Shown here piece by piece: positions 30,858 to 39,907 of a stretch of 64,000 nt of DNA. This stretch comes from Acidobacteriota bacterium (lineage in GTDB: Bacteria > Acidobacteriota > B3-B38 > Guanabaribacteriales > JAGGZT01). The notes below the pieces were generated by a model. That model worked only from the letters and a program-made list of their open reading frames with translations, ran no database searches and was not told where the DNA came from. Position 1 is the stretch's first letter. The number at the start of each line of letters is the position of its first letter. The stretch is taken from assembly GCA_021161905.1 (NCBI GenBank), contig JAGGZT010000009.1:11092-75091 (forward strand), read 5' to 3'. The position numbers were made by a program, and so were the translations under genes.

Positions 30858-32227
30858 AGTATTAAATCTGGCCGCTTTTCAGTTGGACGAAGTAGATCAG
30901 GAAGCATGATAACTATAGCGGTGAAGAGCCAGAATGGCTCCATAATTCTAATGATGATAAAGGTATTAGCCCCTATTCCATGGAATATTAAGCCAACGAA
31001 GCCAGCAATATACCCCATAACAATCCCACGATAAAAAGGAGAAGAAAGCTTTCTATATACCTTAATCGCCTCCCGATATATTCGAAAGAGGAGATAAAGG
31101 AATATGAAGAAACCAACCAATCCTGTCTCTACCAGAGTCCTTATATACTGAGCATCCATAAAGGCAAAACCGGTAACCCCATAGCCGAATAGCGGATGCT
31201 TGGTCCAACCGTTCAAACCAAATCTCCATGATCTTATTCTCGCTGAAGCCGAGGTATCGAGTTTAACACCTCCAACTTGGATCTGTCCCCTCGCTGGAGG
31301 CTGGTTGAAGGTGTAGTCGATCCGCTTTCTCACTTTAGACGGAGCAAAGATGACGAGCCCCACTACCAGAAAGATCAACAAAAATAAGACGGGAATCCTT
31401 TTATCACTGAGAATAAGAAAGACAATTGCCGCAGGGAGAGCTGCCAACCAAGAGGTACGAGATAATGTATAAAGGAAGGGAACTATCAAAACCAGCGCAA
31501 ATATACCCCAGCGAAACCTTTCTTTCGAACTTCCCGTAGTGAGAAATATCCCTCCAGCAAGGGCTATCATAAATAAAAGATATCCTCCCAAGGTATTTGG
31601 TTCTCCAGTCTTTCCTTCAAAGGGTGCGGTCACTCTTTCTCCAGACGGAATCTGAGAGATGGCAAAAATCGCTATAAGAAAAGCGGTAAGAAAAGCGATG
31701 AATATAAACCTTTTTGCTTTTCTTTCACTATCGAGATTGTTAACCACCATAAAATAGATGAGAAAATACTCCACATATTTCAACACATAAAGGAGACCTA
31801 ACTTCAGGTTCAGCCTACCAGCGAGTCCTCCTAAAAAGGTAGAGAGGAAACAGATGCTGATGTAAGCGAAAATGGGACGGTTTAATGGGGTCTTCAAGAA
31901 AAGTCCCAGCTCTTTATAAAATGCGGTCTTGGCAAGCCAGCTCAATCCTATAAGGAGGATTAGGATATCGTCCAACCTAACTATCAACTGCCTACTTGCC
32001 TCAAGGCTACCTCCGCCTGCTGCTGGAGCTATTGCAAATTCTGGTGAAAGAAGCATTGACAGAATAAGGAGGTAAATGGCGTATTCCGTCTTAACCAAAG
32101 CGAGTAAAGCAATGGCTATCCCAAAAAGGGAGAGCAACACCACCTTGGGAGAAAACTTGGCTATTCCAAAAGAAACTGCTAAGGATATGACCAAAATTAT
32201 AATTGCAGGAAGAAAGACCTTCCTCAT
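30854..32227 (-). CDS. O-antigen polymerase/ligase-family (Wzy-like) membrane protein
   Basis: Polytopic, with a large loop containing TLSRTSWLAALPA and a later HPLFGYGVTGF-type motif characteristic of the Wzy_C family. Confidence 0.8.
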   Translation of the reverse strand: MRKVFLPAIIILVISLAVSFGIAKFSPKVVLLSLFGIAIALLALVKTEYAIYLLILSMLLSPEFAIAPAAGGGSLEASRQLIVRLDDILILLIGLSWLAKTAFYKELGLFLKTPLNRPIFAYISICFLSTFLGGLAGRLNLKLGLLYVLKYVEYFLIYFMVVNNLDSERKAKRFIFIAFLTAFLIAIFAISQIPSGERVTAPFEGKTGEPNTLGGYLLFMIALAGGIFLTTGSSKERFRWGIFALVLIVPFLYTLSRTSWLAALPAAIVFLILSDKRIPVLFLLIFLVVGLVIFAPSKVRKRIDYTFNQPPARGQIQVGGVKLDTSASARIRSWRFGLNGWTKHPLFGYGVTGFAFMDAQYIRTLVETGLVGFFIFLYLLFRIYREAIKVYRKLSSPFYRGIVMGYIAGFVGLIFHGIGANTFIIIRIMEPFWLFTAIVIMLPDLLRPTEKRPDLIL

Positions 32228-33195
32228 TTTCCCCTTTCTTTATAGCCAAGTCCTTCGTATTGAATAAGTCTATTAGCGATATCCCAAATCGCCCTTCCCG
32301 CATCACTCCTCGGCTTCCTGAGGAAGAAAGGCTCTTTTTCTCTTACTGCATTCATAACCTTTTTATCAAAAGGAACTGCTCCTAAGAATCTCACCTCAAT
32401 AGCAAGGTACTTCCTTACTACCTCCTGAAATCGTTCATACAGTTTAAGTTGAGCTTTGTTTTGAACCATATTAAAAACCAGATAAGGGCGGAAACTGTGG
32501 ATCAGAGTTTCTACACTCTGGGCGGAAATGGGGTCTTCCATCCTTATCCTGACTATTAGCTCGGCTATCGTGCGAACCCGCTGCTGGCTATTTCTCATTG
32601 AGGCATTCTTTACCAACGAAAGAACTATCGGATTTTTCCGGAATATTCGATTTAATTTACGATAAATGGCGCTCCGGAGAAAGAGATAGGTTGCCTGAAT
32701 CGATGTTGGCTCTGGAGTGGTGACCAAAATGCCCCTCGTGGAGGTTCCGAAAAAGTCAATAGTATTATAACCACAACCCGGGCTGAGATCGAGAAAGAGA
32801 ATCTGGGACGGTAAGGAGCGTAAGGCATTGATGATCCGCATCTTCTGTTGATAGTTAGGATTGGCGAGATAAAGGATACCATTAGCACCACTTATGAGTC
32901 CAAGGTTGTTGAGCTCCGTTTCCTCGATAATCTCGGACAGCGAGGAAACGGTACGTCCCAGAAAATCGTTCAGGGTGAGCTGGGGATATCTTATTCCGAG
33001 AAAAAGATGAAGATTCCCTATTCCCAAATCGGCATCGAGGAGGAGAAGTTCCTTTTCCGGCAAGATAGTAGCCAATGCCATACCCAAGTTCGCGGTGAGA
33101 AAACTCTTTCCCACCCCCCCCTTTCCACTTCCTACAGGGAAGACAAATCTCCCCTCCGCGGTGTCATCATACCGCCTATCTTGGACCTTGGACAT
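32224..33195 (-). CDS. MinD/ParA-superfamily P-loop ATPase
   Basis: Deviant Walker A GSGKGGVGKSFLTANLG, plus LLLDADLGIGNL. Confidence 0.8.
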   Translation of the reverse strand: MSKVQDRRYDDTAEGRFVFPVGSGKGGVGKSFLTANLGMALATILPEKELLLLDADLGIGNLHLFLGIRYPQLTLNDFLGRTVSSLSEIIEETELNNLGLISGANGILYLANPNYQQKMRIINALRSLPSQILFLDLSPGCGYNTIDFFGTSTRGILVTTPEPTSIQATYLFLRSAIYRKLNRIFRKNPIVLSLVKNASMRNSQQRVRTIAELIVRIRMEDPISAQSVETLIHSFRPYLVFNMVQNKAQLKLYERFQEVVRKYLAIEVRFLGAVPFDKKVMNAVREKEPFFLRKPRSDAGRAIWDIANRLIQYEGLGYKERGK

Positions 33196-33203
33196 CTTAT
33201 CAA

Positions 33204-35483
33204 TTATTCTTCGGTGATATCGAGGACATCTCGGTACTCAGAATCCGCCCCCTCCCCTTTCTTCTTGGGACCTCTTCTCTTAACACCTTTAGGAGGTTTC
33301 GGAGGTCGTTTAACCGTTTTCTTTAACCTTCCGAGTAAAGCTGACAATTTCTCAGAGAAGTTTCTCTCTTCCATCGGTGTGTAGTATTTGTAGTAGTATT
33401 GGGACTCCGGAGCAAACTCGCTCACCTCAGCCCTGAGATCATTCAGCACTACCCCAAGAACAGAAGCCCTTACTGCATCGAGATGTGCCTTAGCCCTTTT
33501 CAGTACTCCTCTTCCCACTTTACCCAGCTTATAAACAAGAATGGTTCCATCGACCTTTGAGCCGAGGATTAACGCATCGGCAACCGGCAAGACTGGTGGC
33601 GAATCGGCAAAAACTATGTCAAACCTCTCTCTAACCTCCTGAAGCACCTCTTCCATCCTTCCCGAACTGAGCAATTCCGCCGGATTAGGGGGTATGATGC
33701 CACAGGTAATGATGTAGAGATGATCCAATCCTGAGCTTGTGGCTATCTTCGCTATATCCTCTACATTCCCCTGGAAGAAGTCAGTGAAGTTATGGATCGT
33801 CTCCTCTAAGGTGGTAGTCCCTAAAAGCACATCGGTCAAACCGGGCTCTCGTGGCAAACCAAACATTCGATAGACGCTGGGACGCCGCCAATCACAGCCG
33901 AGGAGCAGGGTTTTCCTGCCCATCTGAGCAGTGGAAAGGGCGAGGTTGGAAATAACGGTTGATTTTCCCTCCTCAAGAGTAGAACTGGTGACATTGAAAA
34001 GCTTGCCCCCTCTTTCTATCTTGGTGAATTCTACATTGGTCCGGAGGGAACGAAAGGCTTCAGCGACTGGGGAGTTCGGCTGATAAAGGGTTACCAGATT
34101 CGCCATCCAATCGAGGGAGGAGCTTCTACCAACAGTGGGGAGAGAACTGAGGATTACCTCCTTCATCTCCGAGGTATCGATGTGAGGAATAACCCCTAAG
34201 ACCTGGAGGTTGAGATATGTTTCCACATCCTCAATGGTGCCGATTGAGGTATCCAAGGTCTCCACAACAAAAGCCAACACCACCCCTAAAAAGATACCTA
34301 CTAACACACCTAAGAGGGTTCTCGTTCCCTTGGTTGATTTCCTCAGTGGAATGGCGTTGGTGGCGCGATGAACTATCTCCACCTCCTTTATCTTCTCTGA
34401 CTCCTGTATCAGCGCCTCTTGATACTTGCTTTTCAGCAAGAGATAGCTTTCTTCGTTAAGTTTCAGATCCCGTTCCAGTTCCGCAAGTTTCATCGACTTC
34501 TCTGGTATTTGTGCCAACCGAGCACTAAGTTCTCTCTCCCTTCTCTCAAGGGTCGATAAGTGAACTCGGTACTCCCGGATTATGTTGCTGATTATCTCCC
34601 TTATTTCCTTCTCTATCGCTACTACCTCGGGTGCTTCTTCCGTATAGTGCTTGAGAAGCTCTTCCTCCCTTAGCTGAAGATCGATCAACCTCGCATTCAA
34701 CTTCTGCAGTGTAGGATTACCCTTATCCTCAAGAACCCAATCGATCCTTCCTTTTTTCCTCCCCCTCTGTCTCTCCTCAAGTTGGGCGATCTGGGTCGCA
34801 AGGGTGCTCTTTTCCTTCCTTACGGCATCGAGCTCTTTTTGAAGGTAGGACACCTCATCAGCAGAAAGGCTGAGGCTTCCTAAGTTCCTCTTCTTAAAAG
34901 CCTTAAGGCGTTCTTCGGCTTGCTTCAGCCGCTCCTCATAAATGGCGAGCTGACGCTCAATGAACTTCCTCTTTTCGATCGCCTGACGATTCCGTTCATA
35001 GGTACTCCTCTCTTGATATACCTCAGCAGTGGTATTGACCAATTTAATTGCCATCTCTGGGGTCGTAGCAGTTGCCGAGATCTCCACGATGCTTGTCTTC
35101 TCCGCTGGCTCCGTCTTTATCATCTGTTGGAGCCTGGAGACGACCTGAACATATTCCTTCCTCTTCAACACCTCTTCATCCGGGATATCGGGGATCAGCT
35201 TCAGTTTCTTGGCTACCTCGATCATAATGGGTTGGGATTGGATAATCCGAGCCTGGGTTTCAAGGGTATCTCCAGGAGCGAAAGTAAAGGTTTGAAGGAG
35301 GAAACCGGCGATCGAGGTGACCTTGGTTATCTTCACGCTGGAGGTGGCTCGGTAAAGGGGTTTGGTGGCGGGGGTAAGGAGAAAAGTAAATAGCCCAACA
35401 AGGATGGGCATGGTGAAGACATAAAACTTCCGCTTTCTAAGGATGCGGAGGTAATCTCGAAGGTTCATTTCATATTGAGCCAT
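33204..35483 (-). CDS. Wzc-like polysaccharide co-polymerase (Wzz domain) fused to a BY-kinase domain
   Basis: N-terminal Wzz (LRDYLRILRKRKFYVF plus TM), long coiled-coil periplasmic region and a second TM. P-loop SSTLEEGKSTVISNLA, Walker A-prime LLLGCDWRRP, and tyrosine cluster YYYKYY near the C-terminus. Confidence 0.88.
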   Translation of the reverse strand: MAQYEMNLRDYLRILRKRKFYVFTMPILVGLFTFLLTPATKPLYRATSSVKITKVTSIAGFLLQTFTFAPGDTLETQARIIQSQPIMIEVAKKLKLIPDIPDEEVLKRKEYVQVVSRLQQMIKTEPAEKTSIVEISATATTPEMAIKLVNTTAEVYQERSTYERNRQAIEKRKFIERQLAIYEERLKQAEERLKAFKKRNLGSLSLSADEVSYLQKELDAVRKEKSTLATQIAQLEERQRGRKKGRIDWVLEDKGNPTLQKLNARLIDLQLREEELLKHYTEEAPEVVAIEKEIREIISNIIREYRVHLSTLERRERELSARLAQIPEKSMKLAELERDLKLNEESYLLLKSKYQEALIQESEKIKEVEIVHRATNAIPLRKSTKGTRTLLGVLVGIFLGVVLAFVVETLDTSIGTIEDVETYLNLQVLGVIPHIDTSEMKEVILSSLPTVGRSSSLDWMANLVTLYQPNSPVAEAFRSLRTNVEFTKIERGGKLFNVTSSTLEEGKSTVISNLALSTAQMGRKTLLLGCDWRRPSVYRMFGLPREPGLTDVLLGTTTLEETIHNFTDFFQGNVEDIAKIATSSGLDHLYIITCGIIPPNPAELLSSGRMEEVLQEVRERFDIVFADSPPVLPVADALILGSKVDGTILVYKLGKVGRGVLKRAKAHLDAVRASVLGVVLNDLRAEVSEFAPESQYYYKYYTPMEERNFSEKLSALLGRLKKTVKRPPKPPKGVKRRGPKKKGEGADSEYRDVLDITEE

Positions 35484-35512
35484 TTCTCCCCGGCTCCTTT
35501 CGCAAAGTTTCC

Positions 35513-37657
35513 TTAACGCTCGCTCAATTTCTTCATCGTGTATATCGTATAAACGCTTGTTAGAGCGGGATGAAATACCTTTATAAAATCACTAATCTTC
35601 GCAAAGAAAGAGCGAGGTACATATACGATGTCATCCCTGCTAAGGGGGATATTCTGGGTTACATCCACCCCCTTAAGGACCTTTGTAAGGTCAACTACTA
35701 TTATCTCTGGCTTCTTCAGATAGTTTCCCCGAACCACGAAAACCTGCTTCAGATTGGCGTCCTTGGTAAAGCTTCCCGCTTTAGATATAGCCTCAAGAAG
35801 TCGCGTCCCTTCCCTCAGTTCTATGATCCCAGGTTTGTTAACCTCTCCTAAAACCAACGCTCTATTTTCGCTCAGGATTAGGGAGGGGATATAAATCACA
35901 TCCCCATCATCCAATATTGGGTTCTGGGTTAAATCTCCTTGGGAGATAGCCCGGAAGAGATTCAGGACTACCGTCTTCCCCCTCCTGGTTAATCTCACCC
36001 GACTGAGATCACCCCTTGGGGTGGCTCCTCCATGTTGGGAGATAAACGATATAAGGTCGGTCTTACCGGTCAACGGGTACTTGCCAGGACCTGTTCCCGC
36101 TTGAGCAGTAGCCATCACCTCACCGAGGATGGAGACCCTATGTCCAACATATTTAGTAACTTTTACCTCTACCGCAGGAAGTCGAATAAATTTCCTTACT
36201 CTCTTCAATAGCTCCTGTTTCAATTCGGTGGCGGAAAAGCCCGCCACTTTGATCGTCCCTATGTTCATAAAGGGGATAAAAATGGTGCCGTCATTCTCCA
36301 CAGTGAACTTAAAGCTTTTTTCCTCAGCTCCAGTCCAGAAATTTATCCTCAGCTCGTCCTGAGGGGCTATTCGATACTCGGGGAACCCCATCTTGGTAGT
36401 AAAAACCATATTTTCAGTAACGAGATGGGAAAGAATCATCCTTTTCTCTTTTTTAATCGGTGGAGAGAAACGAGAGGTAACCTCGTTTAAAACCTTTATC
36501 TTGCCACCTACTGTTTGAAGCCAGACCTGAACCCCCTCGTCATAACTTCCAGCAATGATATCAAGAAGACCGTCTAAATTTAAATCACCAAGGGTTATCC
36601 CATAGTACACATTCTCTTTAGCCAATCCCAACTTCATCTCTTTAAACCCTTTCCCCCGAAAAGAAAATACAATGATCCCCTGAGAGGTCAATGAGCTCGC
36701 TAATACCTCTAACCCTGCTCTTCGATCTATATCACCAGCAACTATACCATAAAAAGAACCTTTATCCGTTATCATCCTCGGCTTGGGATTAAAACTCCCC
36801 TTATGGTTGAAAAAAACCGCTAACCCCTCAGGATAGAGGGAAGCCAACACATCAAGCCAACCATCACCATCAATATCGGCAAGAGAGAGACCAGAAAACT
36901 TACCCTTGGAGATGAATATCGAGGGGGACCAACCTCCCTTCCCATCTCCCAACCAAACGAGAAGAGCTCCTTTTAATCCCAGTTCGGTTGCTACTATATC
37001 TAAATGTCCATCATGGTTGAGGTCTCCAGAGGCAACTGCCCTAAAGCTTCCAGAAGAGCGAGGTCCCCTTCCAGAAAGCCAATTCCTATCCCCTCTATTC
37101 AGCCAGACATACACCCCTCCTTCAGAACCAGGGCTTAGATTGGCAGCAGCCACATCGGGTTTTCCATCTTCATCGAAATCACCTATCGCTACACCTTCAA
37201 AACCATTTTTGGTGCTTAAATATAGAGGAGCCTCCCATCTGCCATCACCTTTGGAGATAAATACTGCCACCCCTCGTTCCTCCCCAGTAAAGGAGGCAAC
37301 CAAATCAGAATTTCCATCCTTATCAAAATCAATCGCTTTTACCGAATGTACCTCAGCTCCAGAAAGGGGAGAATTGATTTCAACGAAACTACCATCTCCC
37401 TTTCCTACCCAAACCCTTATTCCGCCAGGCTGAAAAGAGCCGGCAGCAAGATCAGGGATCCCATCACCATTGAAATCGCCTACCGCAACCCCGTAATACC
37501 CTCCACTACTCACTGGACCCAACTCTTCTGACCAATCTCCCCATGGCAGGCGGGAGGAAAGCTTAATCCCCGAGGCACAAGAAAGCACAAAAAGAGCCGA
37601 AAGAACAAAGGCGATCAAACCAAAAATCGCTTCACAAGAAGAGGGGTTTCTCTTCAT
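35513..37657 (-). CDS. lipoprotein: seven FG-GAP/VCBS repeats fused to a Wza-type polysaccharide export module (Poly_export + 2 SLBB)
   Basis: Lipobox FVLSC. Seven repeats of the D-x-[DN]-x-D-G-x-x-D type (for example GDFNGDGIPDLAAG, GDFDEDGKPDVAAA, ADIDGDGWLDVLAS). Then YRIAPQDELRINFW... (Poly_export) and two SLBB-like units (GDVIYIP, DDIVYVP). The C-terminus is amphipathic. Confidence 0.8.
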   Translation of the reverse strand: MKRNPSSCEAIFGLIAFVLSALFVLSCASGIKLSSRLPWGDWSEELGPVSSGGYYGVAVGDFNGDGIPDLAAGSFQPGGIRVWVGKGDGSFVEINSPLSGAEVHSVKAIDFDKDGNSDLVASFTGEERGVAVFISKGDGRWEAPLYLSTKNGFEGVAIGDFDEDGKPDVAAANLSPGSEGGVYVWLNRGDRNWLSGRGPRSSGSFRAVASGDLNHDGHLDIVATELGLKGALLVWLGDGKGGWSPSIFISKGKFSGLSLADIDGDGWLDVLASLYPEGLAVFFNHKGSFNPKPRMITDKGSFYGIVAGDIDRRAGLEVLASSLTSQGIIVFSFRGKGFKEMKLGLAKENVYYGITLGDLNLDGLLDIIAGSYDEGVQVWLQTVGGKIKVLNEVTSRFSPPIKKEKRMILSHLVTENMVFTTKMGFPEYRIAPQDELRINFWTGAEEKSFKFTVENDGTIFIPFMNIGTIKVAGFSATELKQELLKRVRKFIRLPAVEVKVTKYVGHRVSILGEVMATAQAGTGPGKYPLTGKTDLISFISQHGGATPRGDLSRVRLTRRGKTVVLNLFRAISQGDLTQNPILDDGDVIYIPSLILSENRALVLGEVNKPGIIELREGTRLLEAISKAGSFTKDANLKQVFVVRGNYLKKPEIIVVDLTKVLKGVDVTQNIPLSRDDIVYVPRSFFAKISDFIKVFHPALTSVYTIYTMKKLSER

Positions 37658-39507
37658 TTTGGAAGCTCCTCCTCATCTATTGACTTCTCTATAAATAGAA
37701 ACGGCATTTCCTTTAGGTTAACGGTCTTGGGTGGTTCAACTTTGTTCCCCTTAGCATCGTAAACGATCTCTACCTTCGGCCGAAGGAGATTATCCCTCTC
37801 TATCTCGACGACCCGCCCTATCTCACCATTGTTAAGTTGAACATAGCTATTTAAGGGAAAGAGGCTAAACTCGTTGACCATCGCCTTCACCACCTGGCTG
37901 GGAAGATAATCTTCTTTCAATCTTATCACCTTCTGTAGGGCATCGTGGGCGATAAACTTCCTCCTCCAAGCTCGGGGATGAGAAAACGCCTCAAAGATAT
38001 CCGCTGCTTGGATTATACTGGCAAAGGGGTGGATCTCCTCTCCCTTAAGACCTCGCGGATAACCCTGTCCTTGATGCTTCTCATGTTCTTGGTAGGCTAT
38101 CTCAGCTATCCAGTGAAACTCCTCTCCCGCTTCCCGTATCATCTCATAAGTATACCGGGGGTGTTCCTTGACCAATTCAAACTCCTCCGGAGTGAGCCTC
38201 CCCGGTTTGTCCATTATGCTTCGAGGTAGTCTCGCCATTCCCAGATCATGCACCAAAGCTACCTCTGCCAGTCTTACCAATTCACTCTCCGGGTAATTCA
38301 GCCCAAACCCGATCTTAGTGGCAATTATCCCCACATTAACCATATGTCGAGGGAGATGATACTCCGGCATAGGCTGTAATGCTCTAAAGATCAATTCGCT
38401 TCCCTCCCGTAAAGAGGAAACTATCCTTCTCGCATACCCCTCAAGTGGCTTTAAATTCAGCCTTTCCCCTTTCTCCGCTTGGGATACCAGACTCGAAAGA
38501 TAAGAGAGAAGTTCAGAATAAAGTACCGAATCGCCTCCCTTCTTCTCTTTAGCTTTTGCTTCTGAAGGCGCCCCTTCCTTAATTAAAGGAGTACTTCCTC
38601 CCCCACCTTCCACCGATCCTTTAAACAGGGTGAGCATCTCCCCCACTACCCGGGCAGAAGCGCTTCTTTCCCCAAAAAAGTTCTCTCTCTCCGGGAGAAT
38701 GGCAGTCACTAAATCGCTATATCTCACCAATAGTTCCTTTAATATCTCCGGTGTTACCTGCTTAACCTGCTTTTGAGCAGCAGCCATCAATCCTAATTCA
38801 GCAAGTAAGTTAACCCTCTTCAAATCACCCTGGGTGTAAGCATAAATAAGGGAAATGGTCTCCTTAGGGAAGACATCGGAGGTTCCTCCACTCTTAACTA
38901 ATCTGAACTTGAAATAGTCAACAAGGAAATCAACAGAGATAGCCGGCAGGCTAAGCTTCAAACTGATATCCGCCAACATAGGAGCTTGGGATTTCATCAA
39001 CGGTAGAAGCTCGGGCAGACCAGTTAGAAATACCGTTAGTGGAAAGTCTACAGTCACCGTTGCCCTTATAAGCTCTTCGAGTTCAGTAAATATCTTTTCG
39101 TCAGAGATATGATGGGCGTCTTCAAGGATGAAAACCACGGGGGAAAAATTGAAAATGTTCCGAAAGGAAGAGAAGATGAGCTCGGAAAGACCAGCGGGAA
39201 CCCTCTTCCTCTCCCTTTCTCCCCGAAGTTTATCCGCCAATTGGGAAATAAATTCTCCCCTTGATAGATTGGGAAATAACTTGAGATGAAGGAACTCCTT
39301 GTAGGGAAATCTTTGCTCAACCATTTGGACTAAGGTGCTTTTCCCCCCGCCCTTAGCGCCGGTTAGAATAACTACTTCCCTCCCCTCCCCAATGGCGAGG
39401 GATAGAAGTTCCAAAACCTCGACCTCCTTTTCAGAGAGATAAACAAGGTCAGGGTTAAACATATTGGCAAAGGGATTCTTTTTTAGGTTAAAGTAATCTC
39501 GATACAT
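37654..39507 (-). CDS. ExeA-like AAA ATPase fused to an HD-GYP-type domain
   Basis: N-terminus YFNLKKNPF...VVILTGAKGGGKSTLV...FILEDAHH matches ExeA/GspA-like secretion ATPases found in EPS loci. The C-terminus reads HMVNVG...ALVHDLGM...LTPEEFELVKEHP...QEHEKHQGQGYPRGL...AADIFEAF (HD-GYP). Confidence 0.8.
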   Translation of the reverse strand: MYRDYFNLKKNPFANMFNPDLVYLSEKEVEVLELLSLAIGEGREVVILTGAKGGGKSTLVQMVEQRFPYKEFLHLKLFPNLSRGEFISQLADKLRGERERKRVPAGLSELIFSSFRNIFNFSPVVFILEDAHHISDEKIFTELEELIRATVTVDFPLTVFLTGLPELLPLMKSQAPMLADISLKLSLPAISVDFLVDYFKFRLVKSGGTSDVFPKETISLIYAYTQGDLKRVNLLAELGLMAAAQKQVKQVTPEILKELLVRYSDLVTAILPERENFFGERSASARVVGEMLTLFKGSVEGGGGSTPLIKEGAPSEAKAKEKKGGDSVLYSELLSYLSSLVSQAEKGERLNLKPLEGYARRIVSSLREGSELIFRALQPMPEYHLPRHMVNVGIIATKIGFGLNYPESELVRLAEVALVHDLGMARLPRSIMDKPGRLTPEEFELVKEHPRYTYEMIREAGEEFHWIAEIAYQEHEKHQGQGYPRGLKGEEIHPFASIIQAADIFEAFSHPRAWRRKFIAHDALQKVIRLKEDYLPSQVVKAMVNEFSLFPLNSYVQLNNGEIGRVVEIERDNLLRPKVEIVYDAKGNKVEPPKTVNLKEMPFLFIEKSIDEEELPK

Positions 39508-39522
39508 AAACCCTCCCCCAGC

Positions 39523-39759
39523 TTATCTACCCTTCCTCGATCCAAATGACCCTCCCTTCCTCTCCGCAAGCCAATCATCAATAAGATCCCGCCGAAAACG
39601 CCACTGATTCCCTACCTTAGTAGCAGGTATCATATCATTTTTCGCTAATCTGTAAATAGTAGAACGATGAACCCGGATATATCTCGCTACTTCATCCACC
39701 GTCATAATCTGGGGATCATTTTTTCTTTCTATTGCCTTCTCTCCTTCTTTCTTTATCAT
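39523..39759 (-). CDS. excisionase-family (MerR-like) helix-turn-helix DNA-binding protein, first gene of the EPS operon
   Basis: MTVDEVARYIRVHRSTIYRLAKNDMIPATKVGNQWRFRRDLIDDWL. Confidence 0.8.
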   Translation of the reverse strand: MIKKEGEKAIERKNDPQIMTVDEVARYIRVHRSTIYRLAKNDMIPATKVGNQWRFRRDLIDDWLAERKGGSFGSRKGR

Positions 39760-39833
39760 TTGGTATCAATTATTAGCAATATTAACCATCATTACCCAAT
39801 AAAAAACCCCTTTACTTCTACATTATATTATTT

Positions 39834-39861
39834 ATTTTACCAAATTAAGTTGAATTGTCAA
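39834..39861 (-). promoter_or_regulatory. sigma70-like promoter candidate for the EPS operon
   Basis: The minus strand reads TTGACA, a 16-nt spacer, then TAAAAT. It lies in the AT-rich 148-nt gap upstream of the HTH gene. Confidence 0.4.
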
Positions 39862-39907
39862 GCATTTTCTCTAACTGAGAGAAAAATAAAGTCTTAACGG
39901 TAAATCT

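Noticed and set aside
39523-39759. Excisionase-family HTH protein as a marker of a prophage or integrative element.
   Set aside because: It is translationally packed at the head of the EPS operon, with no integrase, att-like repeats or phage genes nearby. It is better explained as a small MerR-like transcription regulator.
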